In this document: one piece after another, positions 38,172 through 49,996 of the stretch
Numbering within the stretch: the stretch's first letter is position 1
Layout of the letters: each line of letters starts with the position of its first letter
Assembly: GCA_002269645.1 (NCBI GenBank)
Contig: NIVC01000698.1
Coordinates: 62,001-126,000 of the forward strand
From: Macrostomum lignano
Lineage: Eukaryota
Reading direction: 5' to 3'
Length of the DNA stretch: 64,000 nt
Notes under the pieces: generated by a model
The model's input: the letters and a program-made list of their open reading frames with translations, nothing else
Told to the model about the DNA's origin: nothing
Database searches by the model: none
Made by a program: the position numbers and the translations under genes

Positions 38172-41100
38172 TTACTTGGTCCGAGACCAGGCGGACGGCT
38201 TGGCGGTGCCGTTGCCGCTGGCTGGCGGCGGGGCCGGGCCGCCGTTGCCGCCGCCAATGGACGGGAAATGCTCGCTAGAGGCCAGCTGCTGCTGGTCCCA
38301 AGGAGCGTCGCGAACAACAAATCCCGGCCCGCTGCCGCCATGCTGCTGCTGCTTCTTGCCCTGCTTCTGCGGCTGCTGCTGCTGCTGCTGCTGCTGGGCC
38401 TGGGCTGGCTGCTCGGCCTGCTCGCTGACGGCGTCCGGACGGAGCGAGCGCGGGTCCAGCTCGCCGCGCTCGATCATCCTGTCAATCACTTCGCCGGCCA
38501 GGTCAAGCAGGTGATCGCAGGCGTTGTCAACATCGGCCTGGGCGCCGCGAACAACAACGGTGTTCTGCGCGTCTGACGGCGCGTTCCGGCCGGGCATGTC
38601 GATAGCGACGTCGAATTTCTCCACCAGGGAGCGCAGATTCTTGCCGCGCTGGCCTAGTTGGATAAATAACAGCAGATGGCGAGGATTAATAGCACGGTAA
38701 TCTGCAGTAAGCAGCTGCGTAGGCGTAACAGTAGGAAAAGCTGCTGGCGCCTTATACTCCAGCTAAAGCAGTTCAGGACCAGGGGATTAGGGATCTAAAT
38801 ATAGTAGGAGCCGAGGGATCAACGGGCCAGATTAGCCAAGTCGTGCGTCACTTGAAACAGCACGAAAAAAGAACTTATGCACTCACCAATAATGATTGGG
38901 TGCACCTGGTGCGTGATGAACAGTTCGGCCGACACCTGGTTCTCCAGCTTGTCCTTAATGGCCATCAGCTCTTTAGCGGCGGCCTCGGCCTTGTCCTGAT
39001 AGCCGATTACAACAATTTCGTTAGAGTTTTTGTCCGGATTCGGTATGTTGACGCGAACTTCGTACTTCTGCTGCAGGGCGCGCACGTTGGCACCCTTGGG
39101 CCCGATGATTTCGCGATGATACTGGGCCGGTATGTCCAGCTTGCATTCGAAGCTGCGAGCCTCCTGGTCGGCTTTCTCGGCCTCCAATTCCTTCAGGCGC
39201 TCCTGTAGACGGATTTTGGCAGCTTCCACGCGTTTCGGAGTACCGTTGAGCACGATGTGCTCAGCCTTGCTCGGGATAGTGATGGCCATGTTCAGCTCGT
39301 TAGTCAGGCGCCGGATGCCTTCGCCGTTGCGGCCGATCAGCTGGCCGTGAAACTCGGACGGGAAGTCCAGCTGCTCCTCGATTGGCACCAGGTCTAGCAG
39401 GGCCTGGCGGGCCTTGTCGCACTGCTCCTGACGGCCGCTGATGGACACCAGATCCGCCTTGGACGGCGTGGCATCGCCGGAGCCCTCCGGATTGCTGCTG
39501 GTCTCCGAGCCGCTGGCTGCGGCGTTTTCGCCGCCACCGTTGGCCGTGACTTCAGCGGCTGCAGGGGCGGCGTTGGCGTCGCTAGGCTGCGACTGCTGTC
39601 TGTTGAACTCGGGGAATTTGATGCTCACGTCGAATTGGTCGCAGATGTCGCGCACATTGTCGCCGGAGCGGCCAATCACGCTGCGGTGATGAATGGCCGG
39701 GATGGCCACCTCGATGGTGACGCGGGCGGCCAGATCGTCAACAATCTCGCGGATGCGGGCGATGGCGCCCTGGACGCAGTCTTTCGGTCCCTTGACAACA
39801 ACCCGGGAACTGCCCGGCTCACGCGGGAAGCTCAACTGAACGCCGCCAAAGTCCTGACTAATCTGGGTGATGTAGAAACCGCGGCGCTCCATGAAAGCCT
39901 TGTGCCAGCGGGGATCAACCTCGACAGATTCCTCGGTGGTGTTCTCCAGGTCCTTCACCTAGTTGGAGAAAGCAAAGTACATTAGTTATTAGGTCTACCG
40001 AGGGAGATTCAGAGAGAATCACAAAATTCAAAATAATAATAATAATAATTATAATATAGTAATAATTGATTACACTTGCCCTAATGGGCAGATGTGCAAC
40101 CGACAGCTCAGCCGCAGCTATTGCGCGGCGCATCTGAAGGCTGCGTTCGGCTGTTCAGTCCAAGGACTGGGGGGGGGGGTCGCCACACACCTTCAATTAC
40201 CCCAGCTAATGCTGGCACCCATTTTACAGCTGGGGTGAACTGAAGCAATGCAGAGTCAAGTGTCTTGCTCAAGGACACAAATTGTTCCAGTAGGATCGGG
40301 AATCGAACCCCCGACTTTTCAGTCGTGAGTCCGAGGCTCTAAGCACTAGGCTACAACCCCCTGCTAGGCTACATCCCCTAGCTCTCTATAATTCTCTATA
40401 AAATATAATCCATCTACTGTGTTTTATACCCTTAAGAATGGAAGATACTAAAAACAATTTCAATACATCCAACTCGCAATTAGACAAAAAAATGATGGGC
40501 CAACCTGTTTCTCGAGCATCTCCTTGGCCTTAGCAACGGCCTCCTTGCGCCCAATAATGGTGATAATATCGCCGCCCTCTTTGCCGCGCTCGTCCAAGCT
40601 AGGGAACACTAGCCTGGCGCCAGTGGCCTTGCGCAGCTGCTCAGCATTCTGGCCCTGCCGGCCGATGAGGAACGGGTGGAACTCGGGCTTGGCGTGAATC
40701 ACAGCCTCCTGACTGTCTTCCAATCGCTCCTCGGCCAGCTGCTGCAGAGCGGCCTTGGCTTTCTTCACCTCGGTTTTGGGGCCGCGCACGGTGACGCGAT
40801 CGGATGGCTGAGAGGCCGGCGGGAAGTGCACGCGTACGCCGCTGTGCTGGTCCTGCAGCTGGCGGATCAGCTTGCCACCGTGGCCGATCAGGCCCTGGTG
40901 CAGGCGGGCCGGAATCTCCACGACCTGCGTAGTGTCACACATGTGATTTATTACTGTGGGTGCAATTTATAGGGGGCGTAGGGGAAATAGGGGAGATTTC
41001 CAAAAGGGATGGGGAGATTCTTAAGGGGGATGGGAGAGATTCTTTAAGGGGATGGGGAGATTCTTCAAGGGGATGGGGAGATTCTTAAAGGGGATGGGGA

Positions 41101-43599
41101 GATTCTTAAAGGGGATGGGGAGATTCTTTAAAGGGATGAGGAGATTCTTAAAAGAGGACGGGGAGATCCTTTAAAAGGATGGGGGATTTTCAAAAAGCGG
41201 ATGAGGGAGATTCCTAAAGAGGATGGGGGAGATTCCTAAAGGGGATGGGGGAGATTACTAAAGGGGATGGGGAGATTCTTAAAGGGGATGGGGGAGATTC
41301 CTAAAGGGGATGGGGGAGATTACTAAAGGGGATGGGGAGATTCCTAAAGGGGATGGGGAGATTCCTAAAGGGGATGGGGGAGATTCCTAAAGGGGATGGG
41401 GGAGATTACTAAAGGGGATGGGGAGATTCTTAAAGGGGATGGGGGAGATTCCTAAAGGGGATGGGGGAGATTACTAAAGGGGATGGGGAGATTCCTAAAG
41501 GAGATGGGGGAGATTCCTAAAGGGGATGGGGGAGATTACTAAAGGGGATGGGGGAGATTACTAAAGGGGATGGGGGAGATTCCTAAAGGGAATGGGGGAG
41601 ATTACTAAAGGGGATGGGGGAGATTCCTAAAGGGGATGGGGGAGATTCCTGAAGAGGATGGGGGAGATTCCTAAAGGGGAATAGGGGAGTCTCATAAGGT
41701 GAATGGGGGAGATTCGTAAGGGGATGAGTGAGTTTCTTAAGGGAATAGGGGAGTCTCATAGGGAATGAGGGAGATTTTTAAAGGGGAATAGGGGAGTCTC
41801 TCAAGGGGGTGTTAAGGCCAATGGGGGAGATGCTTAAAGGGGAATAGGGGAGTCTTTTAAGGGGATGATAATTTGCTATAATGAGAAATTTGAGGAGGGC
41901 CAAAGGTAAAAAATACGATTATGGAGCGGGTAGCAAAAAGGTTGCAGGTAACAGTAAGCGTACCTCTTCCACAATATTAGCGGCCACTTTCTCAATGTCG
42001 TTAATTTGTCGGACAGCCTTCTGCACATCTTTCTGTTTACCGACAACAGTGATGACATCCGATTGGGACCCGGAGTCCGGCATGATAATGCGGGTGTTTG
42101 TCTCCTCGCGTATTTTAGCGATAGTCTGGCCTTTGCGACCAATAATGTCCTTGTGATAGGCCTTGCCAATTCGAACCTTCTCCTCGTAGCTGGAGTCCCT
42201 CAAATCGGTGTGCGCTTTCTTTAACAGTTTCTCAACGTTAGCGAGCTGGTCGCGCGGGCCGCGCAGCTGGACAACATCGCTATTCTGATCGGCGTTGGGG
42301 AATTTGATCAGCACATCCGGGTACTTGTCGCGAATCTCGGCAATCTTGGCGCCGCCCTGGCCGATGAGGGCCCGATGGAACTGGTGCTCAATGATGAGAT
42401 CCTTGGAGCGCTCGTTGGCCTGCTTGTTGACAATCTGCATCAGCTCCTCGCGAGCCAGGTTCACCTTGTCGCGCTCGCCCTCAATTCGGACAACGTCCTC
42501 GCCGTCGATGTCGGCTGGCACTCGAACGGTGCAGCCGGTGGTCTCGCGAATTTTATTGACTGTGCCGCCGCTCTTGCCAATAATATGGCGATGAAACTCG
42601 CGCGGCACGGCCACTTCAACCATGGTGTTGCGCTTCACGTAGTCGTCCACCCAGGCTTTGAGGTTCTTGTGAATTACAACAACCTGGGAAATTTGTTTAG
42701 GAGAGGAATCAGGATTTCTATATTTTATTAATTACAATAAAATGTTGAAAAACAAGAATATTTGGTTGCATACAGGCGCAATACCTGGCCGATCCGGCCA
42801 GCTTGCGAGGGGTCCAGCCAAGGTAAGTCGCAAAAATGGCCACACGGAAAATACGTAGTACTTATTAGATGATGAGGCATTTAGCCTTAATATTACAGTA
42901 AAAGTTACTCCCGCCGTTTACCCAGAGTAACGTTAATCACGTTTATCAGGGGGTTGCGCATGCATATTTAGTTGTAAAAATAAAAAAGCCTCACCTGCTC
43001 TTTTGGCCCGTCAATCTCGATCTTGTCCTCGCCGCGCAGGAAATTAATCTGGGCTTTGTGCGTAGGCAGACCGACAACTTTTTGCAGATTCTCGCCGCCG
43101 GGACCAATGAGATGCCGGTGCATCCAAGTTGGCGCCAGTACGGTGCAGGTAGCGTAGGAGTCGGCCTTCTCGTACACCTTGGTCAGAGCAACGCCTAGCT
43201 TGGTGCCCTCGCCGCGGAGCACGATTGTCTCTGATGGATCCTCGGCTGGCGGCACCTCCACGCTGACACCGGTGGCCTCGAGGATCTCTTGAAGGCCGGC
43301 GCCGCGCGGACCGATGACGAATTTGTGAAGCGACTTGGACACCTCGATGTTAACCTGTCAAATGCGGAATCAAAACAAAATTGATGGTGTGACGGAGCAG
43401 CAGACGGGTAACGTGACTAACTAGCGGGAATTAATTGGAATTTTGAGTGCAATTATGGTGTCTCAAGAGACACAAAGGTTTGTGTCTCTTCTCTCTTCTC
43501 CACTTCCCTCTTCTCTCCTCTCCCTTTTCTTCATTCTCTCCTCTTCTCATCTCCTATTGTATCTCTCCCTTCTTATCGTCTCCTCTCCACTTTATTCCC

Positions 43600-43691
<92 letters not shown>

Positions 43692-46147
43692 CCCGTAAGG
43701 GAAAAAGTTTGCCGATCCCTGATGTAGGTATATCGTGCGCATATGAAACACATGAAACACTCCCGTTGGAAAAGTTATGCACCTGCAGAGGCACAAAAGG
43801 TGAGCGAGGTGCACAAAAGAGGCACTTTGGTGGCCTATTTCGTGTGTGTTTTGGAAATGCACCTGAGTGCACCTTTTATGCCTAAATGTCACCAATATTT
43901 TTGAAAAGAGGCATGAAAGGTGTAAAATCGGTGAAGTGGTCAGGCAGTAGGTGAATTCTCAATTTTGATTGGCTGCGGCGGTAGGGCAGTAAAGGTGCTG
44001 AAGGGGCGCAGAAAGTGCACAAAAGGTGAATTAGAGGTGCATAAGGTGTACATGTTGCAGCGTAAATATGTATACAGGTGCATTTCCAAAACACGCTCGA
44101 AATAGACCCCAAAAGTGCCTCTTCTGTGCACCTCGCTCACCTTTCATGCCTATGCACGAATTAACGCATTAATAATCAGTAACAAAAAATTAACTGAGAG
44201 TTACATACTCGTATATTGCACGCACAGATCAAACATAGAAAAGCTTTATTTACACCTATACTAATTGCTGCTATCCCCTTCCTGATCCTGACTAACCACA
44301 AAAGTAAGCATTTCCTGTACTGATAAGTTTTAATAACTTTCAAATACTCAGGAAAAGTTCCGAAAAGTGATGAAAAGCTTTGAATCTGTTTAAAGAATAA
44401 TAAGAAAAAGTAGCAAAGAACTTTCGCAAGTTGGAACGCCCCTTGCATTGCCTCTACACCTAAAGTGCCCACTGTGCACCGTTTGTTCACCTTTTGTGCC
44501 TCCAATGCACACTGTGCACCTTTATTCACCTTCGTGCCTCCAGTGCACACTGTACACTTTTTATGCACCTCCACCACAGCGCACCTTTTTCACCTTTCAC
44601 TCCACCAATGCCCCCAATTCCTACTTTGTTCACCTTTTGTGCCTCCAATGCACACTGTGCACCTTTAATACACCAAACTCCCCTATGACACCTGTGCCCC
44701 TACCACCTATTTCGTGCCTTAAATTCACCTTCTGACCCTGCAGAGGCACTCAAGTGAACACGCGGTGCACAAGTGGCACAAAATAGGCATAAAAGAGGCG
44801 AAAGTGAGGCAGACGGTGTAAAACTCTTCACCTTTCATGCCTACTTTAAAAACTCAAAATTCAACGGGACTCCTCACCGTTTGGCAGCGCTCCAAAGCGT
44901 CCTGGTACAGTTGGCGAATAATCCGGCAGGCATTGACAACGCCGTCTTTCTCGCCTGACACGCGAATTATATCAACATCGTGCTGGGCGTGCACAGGCGG
45001 TATGTTGACGCGAACGCCGTTCTCAGTCATGATCTTCTCCAGCTGACGGTTGTAGGGCCCGGCAATGAACGGATGGTAAATCTTTGGTATCACGAGGCGC
45101 TCGGTGGCCTTCTTGGAGACTTCGTCGTAGATGCAGAGAATCTCGTGCCGGGCTTTGTCAATGTTCTCCTTCGGTCCAATTAGGCGAATACTGTTCGGAT
45201 TAGCATCGTTCTCGCGCGGGATGAAAATTTCGCAGCCAGACTTTAGTTTGATTTCTTTCAACACGCCGCCCTGCTTGCCGATCAGGTAGCGGTGGAACTC
45301 GGCGGGGACGGTCACTTCCGACTGAGGGACCGGGTTGAGTTATTGCTGATCAGTTTAATGTTGATATGCTGATAGACTGCTGATGGACTTGGGGAGGGTA
45401 GCACACCTGATGATAGACTTGGGAGGGTGGTACACCTGCTGATAGACTGGGGAAGGGTAGCACACCTGATGATAGACTGGGGGAGGGTAGCACACCAGCT
45501 GAAAGATTAGGGTAGGGTAGCACACATACAAGAAAGGGTAGGTAAGCTAGATAAGTCTAAATAAAGGAAGAAATAGGTGTACAAACCCTAGAAATTCAAA
45601 GCAAACAATATCAAGAAGGCAAGCATGCAAGGCAAGATAAGCCATTCTGTGACAACTCACCTGAGCCTGTGTCTGCAGACGCTTGCGCAACTCGGCAACG
45701 GCGTTGCTAACCTTATCGAACCGGCCAGTAACCAGCAGAGTGAGGGAGCGGGCCCGAGCGTTGTTGGAAATTTCAATCTTCACTTCGTGCTCCTGCTGCA
45801 CCTGGGCGCAGATCTTGTTCTGGTCCGAGCCGAACTCGTTCTGCGTATCCTTGAAGCGCCGCTCCTCAAATGGAATCTCAACAATCTGGTAGCAAGAATA
45901 TAATTATGAAAGCAAATAATTTAGGCTCATATAAGATTTAAGTTTAAAAAAACCAAGAATTTACCAACAGCTTTACCTGGGTGGTTACCGAAGTTTTAAT
46001 AGGGGCAATCTTAGAGGGCGCCTTAGGCCAATGGTTGCCATTCAGCTCAGTTGACGATCCAGTCGCCAGAGGAGGGAAAGCCTCCGAGTAAAGCTGCACG
46101 CTAGCGCTGGCAGTAATGCCATCCTGGTGATTGTCCAATGTGTCCAT
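38172..46147 (-). CDS. HDLBP: Vigilin (HDL-binding protein, multi-KH RNA-binding protein), about 1297 aa. Exons 46147-45977, 45885-45661, 45321-44878, 43354-42995, 42683-41964, 40924-40505, 39958-38887, 38653-38172
   Basis: Serial KH domains with H..(L/I)IGxxG motifs. Vigilin hallmarks Y.EAFPPL, IAPIKTSVTTQ, EERRFKD, HPFIAGPYNR, GFVVRDAPW, SSEHFPS. All GT-AG junctions are phase-compatible. The start may extend upstream (acceptor exon starts at 46212). Confidence 0.96.
40030..40360 (-). mobile_element. tRNA-derived CORE-type SINE in a vigilin intron
   Basis: A box tagcctagtg (40353-40344), B box ggttcgattcc (40309-40299), central gtgtccttgagcaagacacttgactc..cagttc..cagctgtaaaatggg resembling the MIR/CORE consensus, (TTA)n tail. 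Confidence 0.75.
40985..41870. repeat. Intronic ~22-bp G-rich repeat (aaaggggatgggggagattcct)
   Basis: Fills intron 41963-40925. Confidence 0.92.
42769..42966. mobile_element. MITE copy 1 (internally shortened) of the CATACATGCGCAAC family
   Basis: Degenerate TIRs catacaggcgcaat/gttgcgcatgcata, flanks tttggttg/tttagttg, body homologous to 49553 and 58606. Confidence 0.75.
43603..43688. repeat. (CT)n microsatellite
   Basis: Direct reading of the sequence. Confidence 0.95.
43789..44151. repeat. Inverted repeat with ~77-bp arms (43789-43865 / 44075-44151), MITE-like
   Basis: The reverse complement of the right arm aligns to the left arm. Related tgcac-rich repeats occur at 44440-44850. Confidence 0.75.
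45372..45528. repeat. Intronic ~31-bp repeat (gggagggtagcacacctgatgatagact)
   Basis: Four to five units in intron 45660-45322. Confidence 0.8.
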
Positions 46148-47391
46148 GATCCTATTAGCAGTGGTCGAGACAATTCCAGTCTGTGTAGGAGTAGCCAAAT
46201 TCTCTTTTCTTCCTAAAATAATAAATCAGGTGTGCAATAGTACAAACTTCTGCTTGCGTGTGTAAAGGCGATATATATATTATAGGCACTGGACTCGTTT
46301 AAAAAACAGCCGCTTGACAATACAGAAATGTAATTTTGATATTCAAAAACTTTAGCATAATGCATTGCAAATCACTGCTAAGTATTTAATATTGTTCTTG
46401 TAATTTCTACTAACATGTTTTCCTTATGATAACCAATACGAAACATGACTTAAACACATAAACAAAGTTAAAATGCAAGACAATAGCTTTTCAATAAAAG
46501 ATAGGAAGGACAAAAAACAAAGCCTAAAATAAGTTCTAAAACCTAAAGATATATTGATAGGGGTAGAAGAATTATGGCCAGATACAATAAACTATGAATA
46601 CCCATGATAACTTATAGATATATTTATACACAACAAATGTAACTCTATAACAAAAACAATGTATAGTTAGTTACAGTTTTTATAAATTACAATTAAACAT
46701 TTTTCTTAATTTTAAATAAATTAAAAAATTAAAACATAAATATGATCCAACATATTACAAACATAAGTTTCGTATATTTTATAGCATATTTTGATGTTTC
46801 ACCTTATATATGACTAATACCCAAAACTTATATTTACATAATTCAAAAATATTATATCTTGAAATGCTTACCTATGTCCACTTTTTAATATTTCAAAGAA
46901 TTTGTACAGCTTTTTATTTTTAAATACCAACTTGCCAATTTTGTTTTTCCTCTTTTAAAACGACACTATAAGAATATGACAAGACTATGGAGAACAAATA
47001 GATAGAAAAATTTAAACATCTATTTCACTTTAAATAAGTTTATAATTAACAAATAATTAACAGATTTATTTAAATAAAAATATTTTTCCATATTCAAGAA
47101 AATGACAAGTGATGATTTAGAAAGTGATGATTTATTTATATTTTGTATAGTATCTCCTCTATTTCTAAAACCTTTGGCTTTGCACAAGAATATATTTTAG
47201 CATATCTTTAGAATGTACTATACACAAAGCTAATTATAAATTTATGTACAAATATATATATTATTGACAATTTCATGACTATATTGTTTTATATAGCTAT
47301 AATAGCATTAATATTAAATCTAATAAAACATAGGCAACTGATTTAAAAAAATAAAGCAATATCTATACCTTTATTATCATACATGCATAAT

Positions 47392-47534
47392 CTTAGGAAT
47401 CACTTGGCCATTTCTATTGGCAACACACACATGTAAGTTGCTATTGGCTAAGAGCAGTCACATGACTACTATTCTGTCCAATAGCAACTTACATGTATGT
47501 GTTGCCAATAGAAACAGCTAGGTGAATCCCTAAG
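47392..47534. mobile_element. Palindromic hairpin element (TA-flanked MITE-like)
   Basis: Two ~65-bp arms are near-perfect inverted copies around gtcacatgac. Confidence 0.7.
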
Positions 47535-48219
47535 TTGTGCCCAAGCATGTTTATTATGCATTTAAAATTAAAAACTTTCTTTAATCTAAATCACCTTCAA
47601 AATCATCAAATTAGAATTAATTTAAAAGTTTTGGAAAATGCTATTTCAGATTTTTTATGTTTTATTTACTTAAATATGCTATCATTGGCATATATATCAA
47701 TTCTTGGTTTAAAATATTGTATACAAAAATGCAATTCATGCTTGTATATATTGATAACACATTTTTGCTTGGGTATACCACTGTGATATAAACTTTTTTA
47801 TTAGATTTTGCTGTGCACAAGTACAGGTACTATTACTTTTGTGAGTAAAACTTTTGTTCTCTAGTATCAATTTTAAAAATTCAAAAAGCAGTCTGTAGAA
47901 GAGATTTTTTGCTATCAGTTCATAAAATTTTAAATCACAGGGAGCTATAGAACGAGAGCTACAGTTAAAAGTATCACTACTTTTTGGATACCCCTCCAAA
48001 GGAGTGATGTAGTAACAATGTTTTAAGCCATTTCTATGATAAGGTTTCTAATGAGATTATTTAAATTAAAAAAATTGGAACAATTTGCATTTTATAGCAT
48101 AGATTTTGTTTGAGAGGTTTTTAAAAAAATTAAGATTAATGAAAATTAGTCTAGTAAAATATAAAAGTTATAATCATTTTTGTGATTTTTTTATTTTTAT
48201 AGTGTTATTTTGCCATATA

Positions 48220-49530
48220 CGAGGGTTGTTCGGAAAGTCCGCAATCAAACGTGTCTAACAGTTTAACGGATTGAACAAATGTAACGCTACTCTTCCTGCT
48301 TCTCAATGTAGGCACCCTTGAGACTTATGCACTTTTGCCACCTCTCAGGCAACTTCTCGATGCCGGCAGCATAGAAATCGGCAGGTGAACCCCTGACCCA
48401 CTGGCTGATGGCCGATGCCAGGGTCTGTAGAGAGCTGTACTGGCGACCTTGGAGGGTTTTTTCATCTCTCCGAACAGCCAGAAGTCACTGAGTGCGAGGT
48501 CCGGCGAGTAGGGCGGGTGTGGCAGCACCTCGAAGCCCAGGTCCGAAATGGCAGCCATAGTTGCCTGGCTGGTGTGCGGCCTGGCATTGTCGTGCTGAAG
48601 CAGGATGCCACGGCTCAGCTTGCCACGCCGCTGGGCCTTGATAGCTTCACGCAACTTCTGCAGGACTTGGATGTAGTACTCACTGTTTATTGTGGCACCA
48701 CAAGGAAGCCATTCGATGAGCAGAATACCCTCCTTGTCCCAGAAGACGGTGGCCATTTGCTTGCCAGCTGAAGGTGCAGTCAGGGCCTTGACAGGTGTGG
48801 GCTCATGGCTGGCCTTCCACACACTGCTCTGCATCTTGGACTCTGGCTCACTATAATGAAACCAGGATTCATCCCCAGTCACAATCCGGTCCAAAAAGTT
48901 GGGATCACTGCGATATGACTGGAGGAGCTGCCGACACACCTGGACCCGCTCTCGCTGCTGCTGGTCAGTCAGAAGTTTCAGGACCCAACGAGCAACAACG
49001 CGTGACATACCAAGCTCAACCGTCAGGATTGAATGAATGGCCGTTGATGAGATGCCAGTAATGGTTGACAACTCTCGCACTGTAGCTCGGCGGTCAACAT
49101 CCAGAGCACGACGCACAAGCTCGATGTTTGACCTGTTGACCGTGGTGGCAGGCCGGCCACTCTGTGGAAGGTCATCAACTGTCTCCCAGCCATCTTCAAA
49201 ACGCTGCACCCACTTGTTGACCATTGTTTTTGATGGTGCACATTCGCCATACATTGCTTGCAACTCACGAAGAATTTCTGCCTGTCGTTTTCCTTGTTTC
49301 CACAAAAACCAAATGACACTTTGCTTTGCTTCTTCGTTGTTCAGCATAGTGATGGAATTCGTGTGTGACTAAAAACACTGCAAGAAGGAAATTCCTGGCT
49401 CAAACAAGACCACTCTTGATTTAAAACATTCAGGGTATGATATTTGTCTATGGTATAAAGTTTCAAGACAAAGTAGTGACTCAAAAAAAAGATATGCATA
49501 TTTGATCGCAGACTTTCTGAACAACCCTCG
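48220..49530 (-). mobile_element. Mariner (DD34D, irritans-like) transposon, 1311 bp; transposase 49347-48287 broken by one -1 frameshift
   Basis: TA TSD, 30-bp TIR cgagggttgttcggaaagtccgcaatcaaa. TGDESW, HDNARPH and YSPDLALSDF give 34 residues between D2 and D3. Adding one C at 48454-48456 restores a 353-aa ORF ending KCISLKGAYIEKQEE. Confidence 0.95.
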
Positions 49531-49552
49531 TATAAGACCAAAGGACTATGAT

Positions 49553-49850
49553 CATACATGCACAACAGTTGGCCGATTTGGCCAATCTGGCTGACTGATT
49601 TGGTAGCCAACCAAGGTAAGTTGCAAAAATTCCTACCCAAAAAATACCCAAGTAGTACTAAGTAGATAATGAGGCATTTTGGCTTAATAAGATAGTCATA
49701 GTTACTCCTGCTGTTTACCCAAAGTTGCATTAATTTTGCTTTAGGGCTTCTTTTACATGTAAGTTGCATTTTTGGCCATAAACCATGCCGCATTTTTTGT
49801 TAAAACTAGCTTACACAGTCAACCAAATTTTGGGAGGTAACGCATTTATG
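49553..49850. mobile_element. MITE copy 2 (CpG-decayed) of the CATACATGCGCAAC family
   Basis: TIRs catacatgcacaac/gtaacgcatttatg, perfect 8-bp TSD actatgat. Confidence 0.9.
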
Positions 49851-49996
49851 ACTATGATATAATAATATGCATGATAATTGGACAAATTATTAAACAACAC
49901 GAATCATAAGTGTATGAACATTTAAAAAAATAACAATTGAGAAAATAGATACAAAACATTTGTATATAATATTTCACATTAAAAATCAAATACTTA

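Noticed and set aside
40290-40360. Functional tRNA gene
   Set aside because: The acceptor stem is not closed and it runs straight into a CORE-like domain and simple-repeat tail, so it is a SINE head.
1409-45903. Plus-strand ORFs overlapping the RhoGAP, SLC41 and vigilin exons
   Set aside because: They are antisense shadows of GC-rich coding exons.
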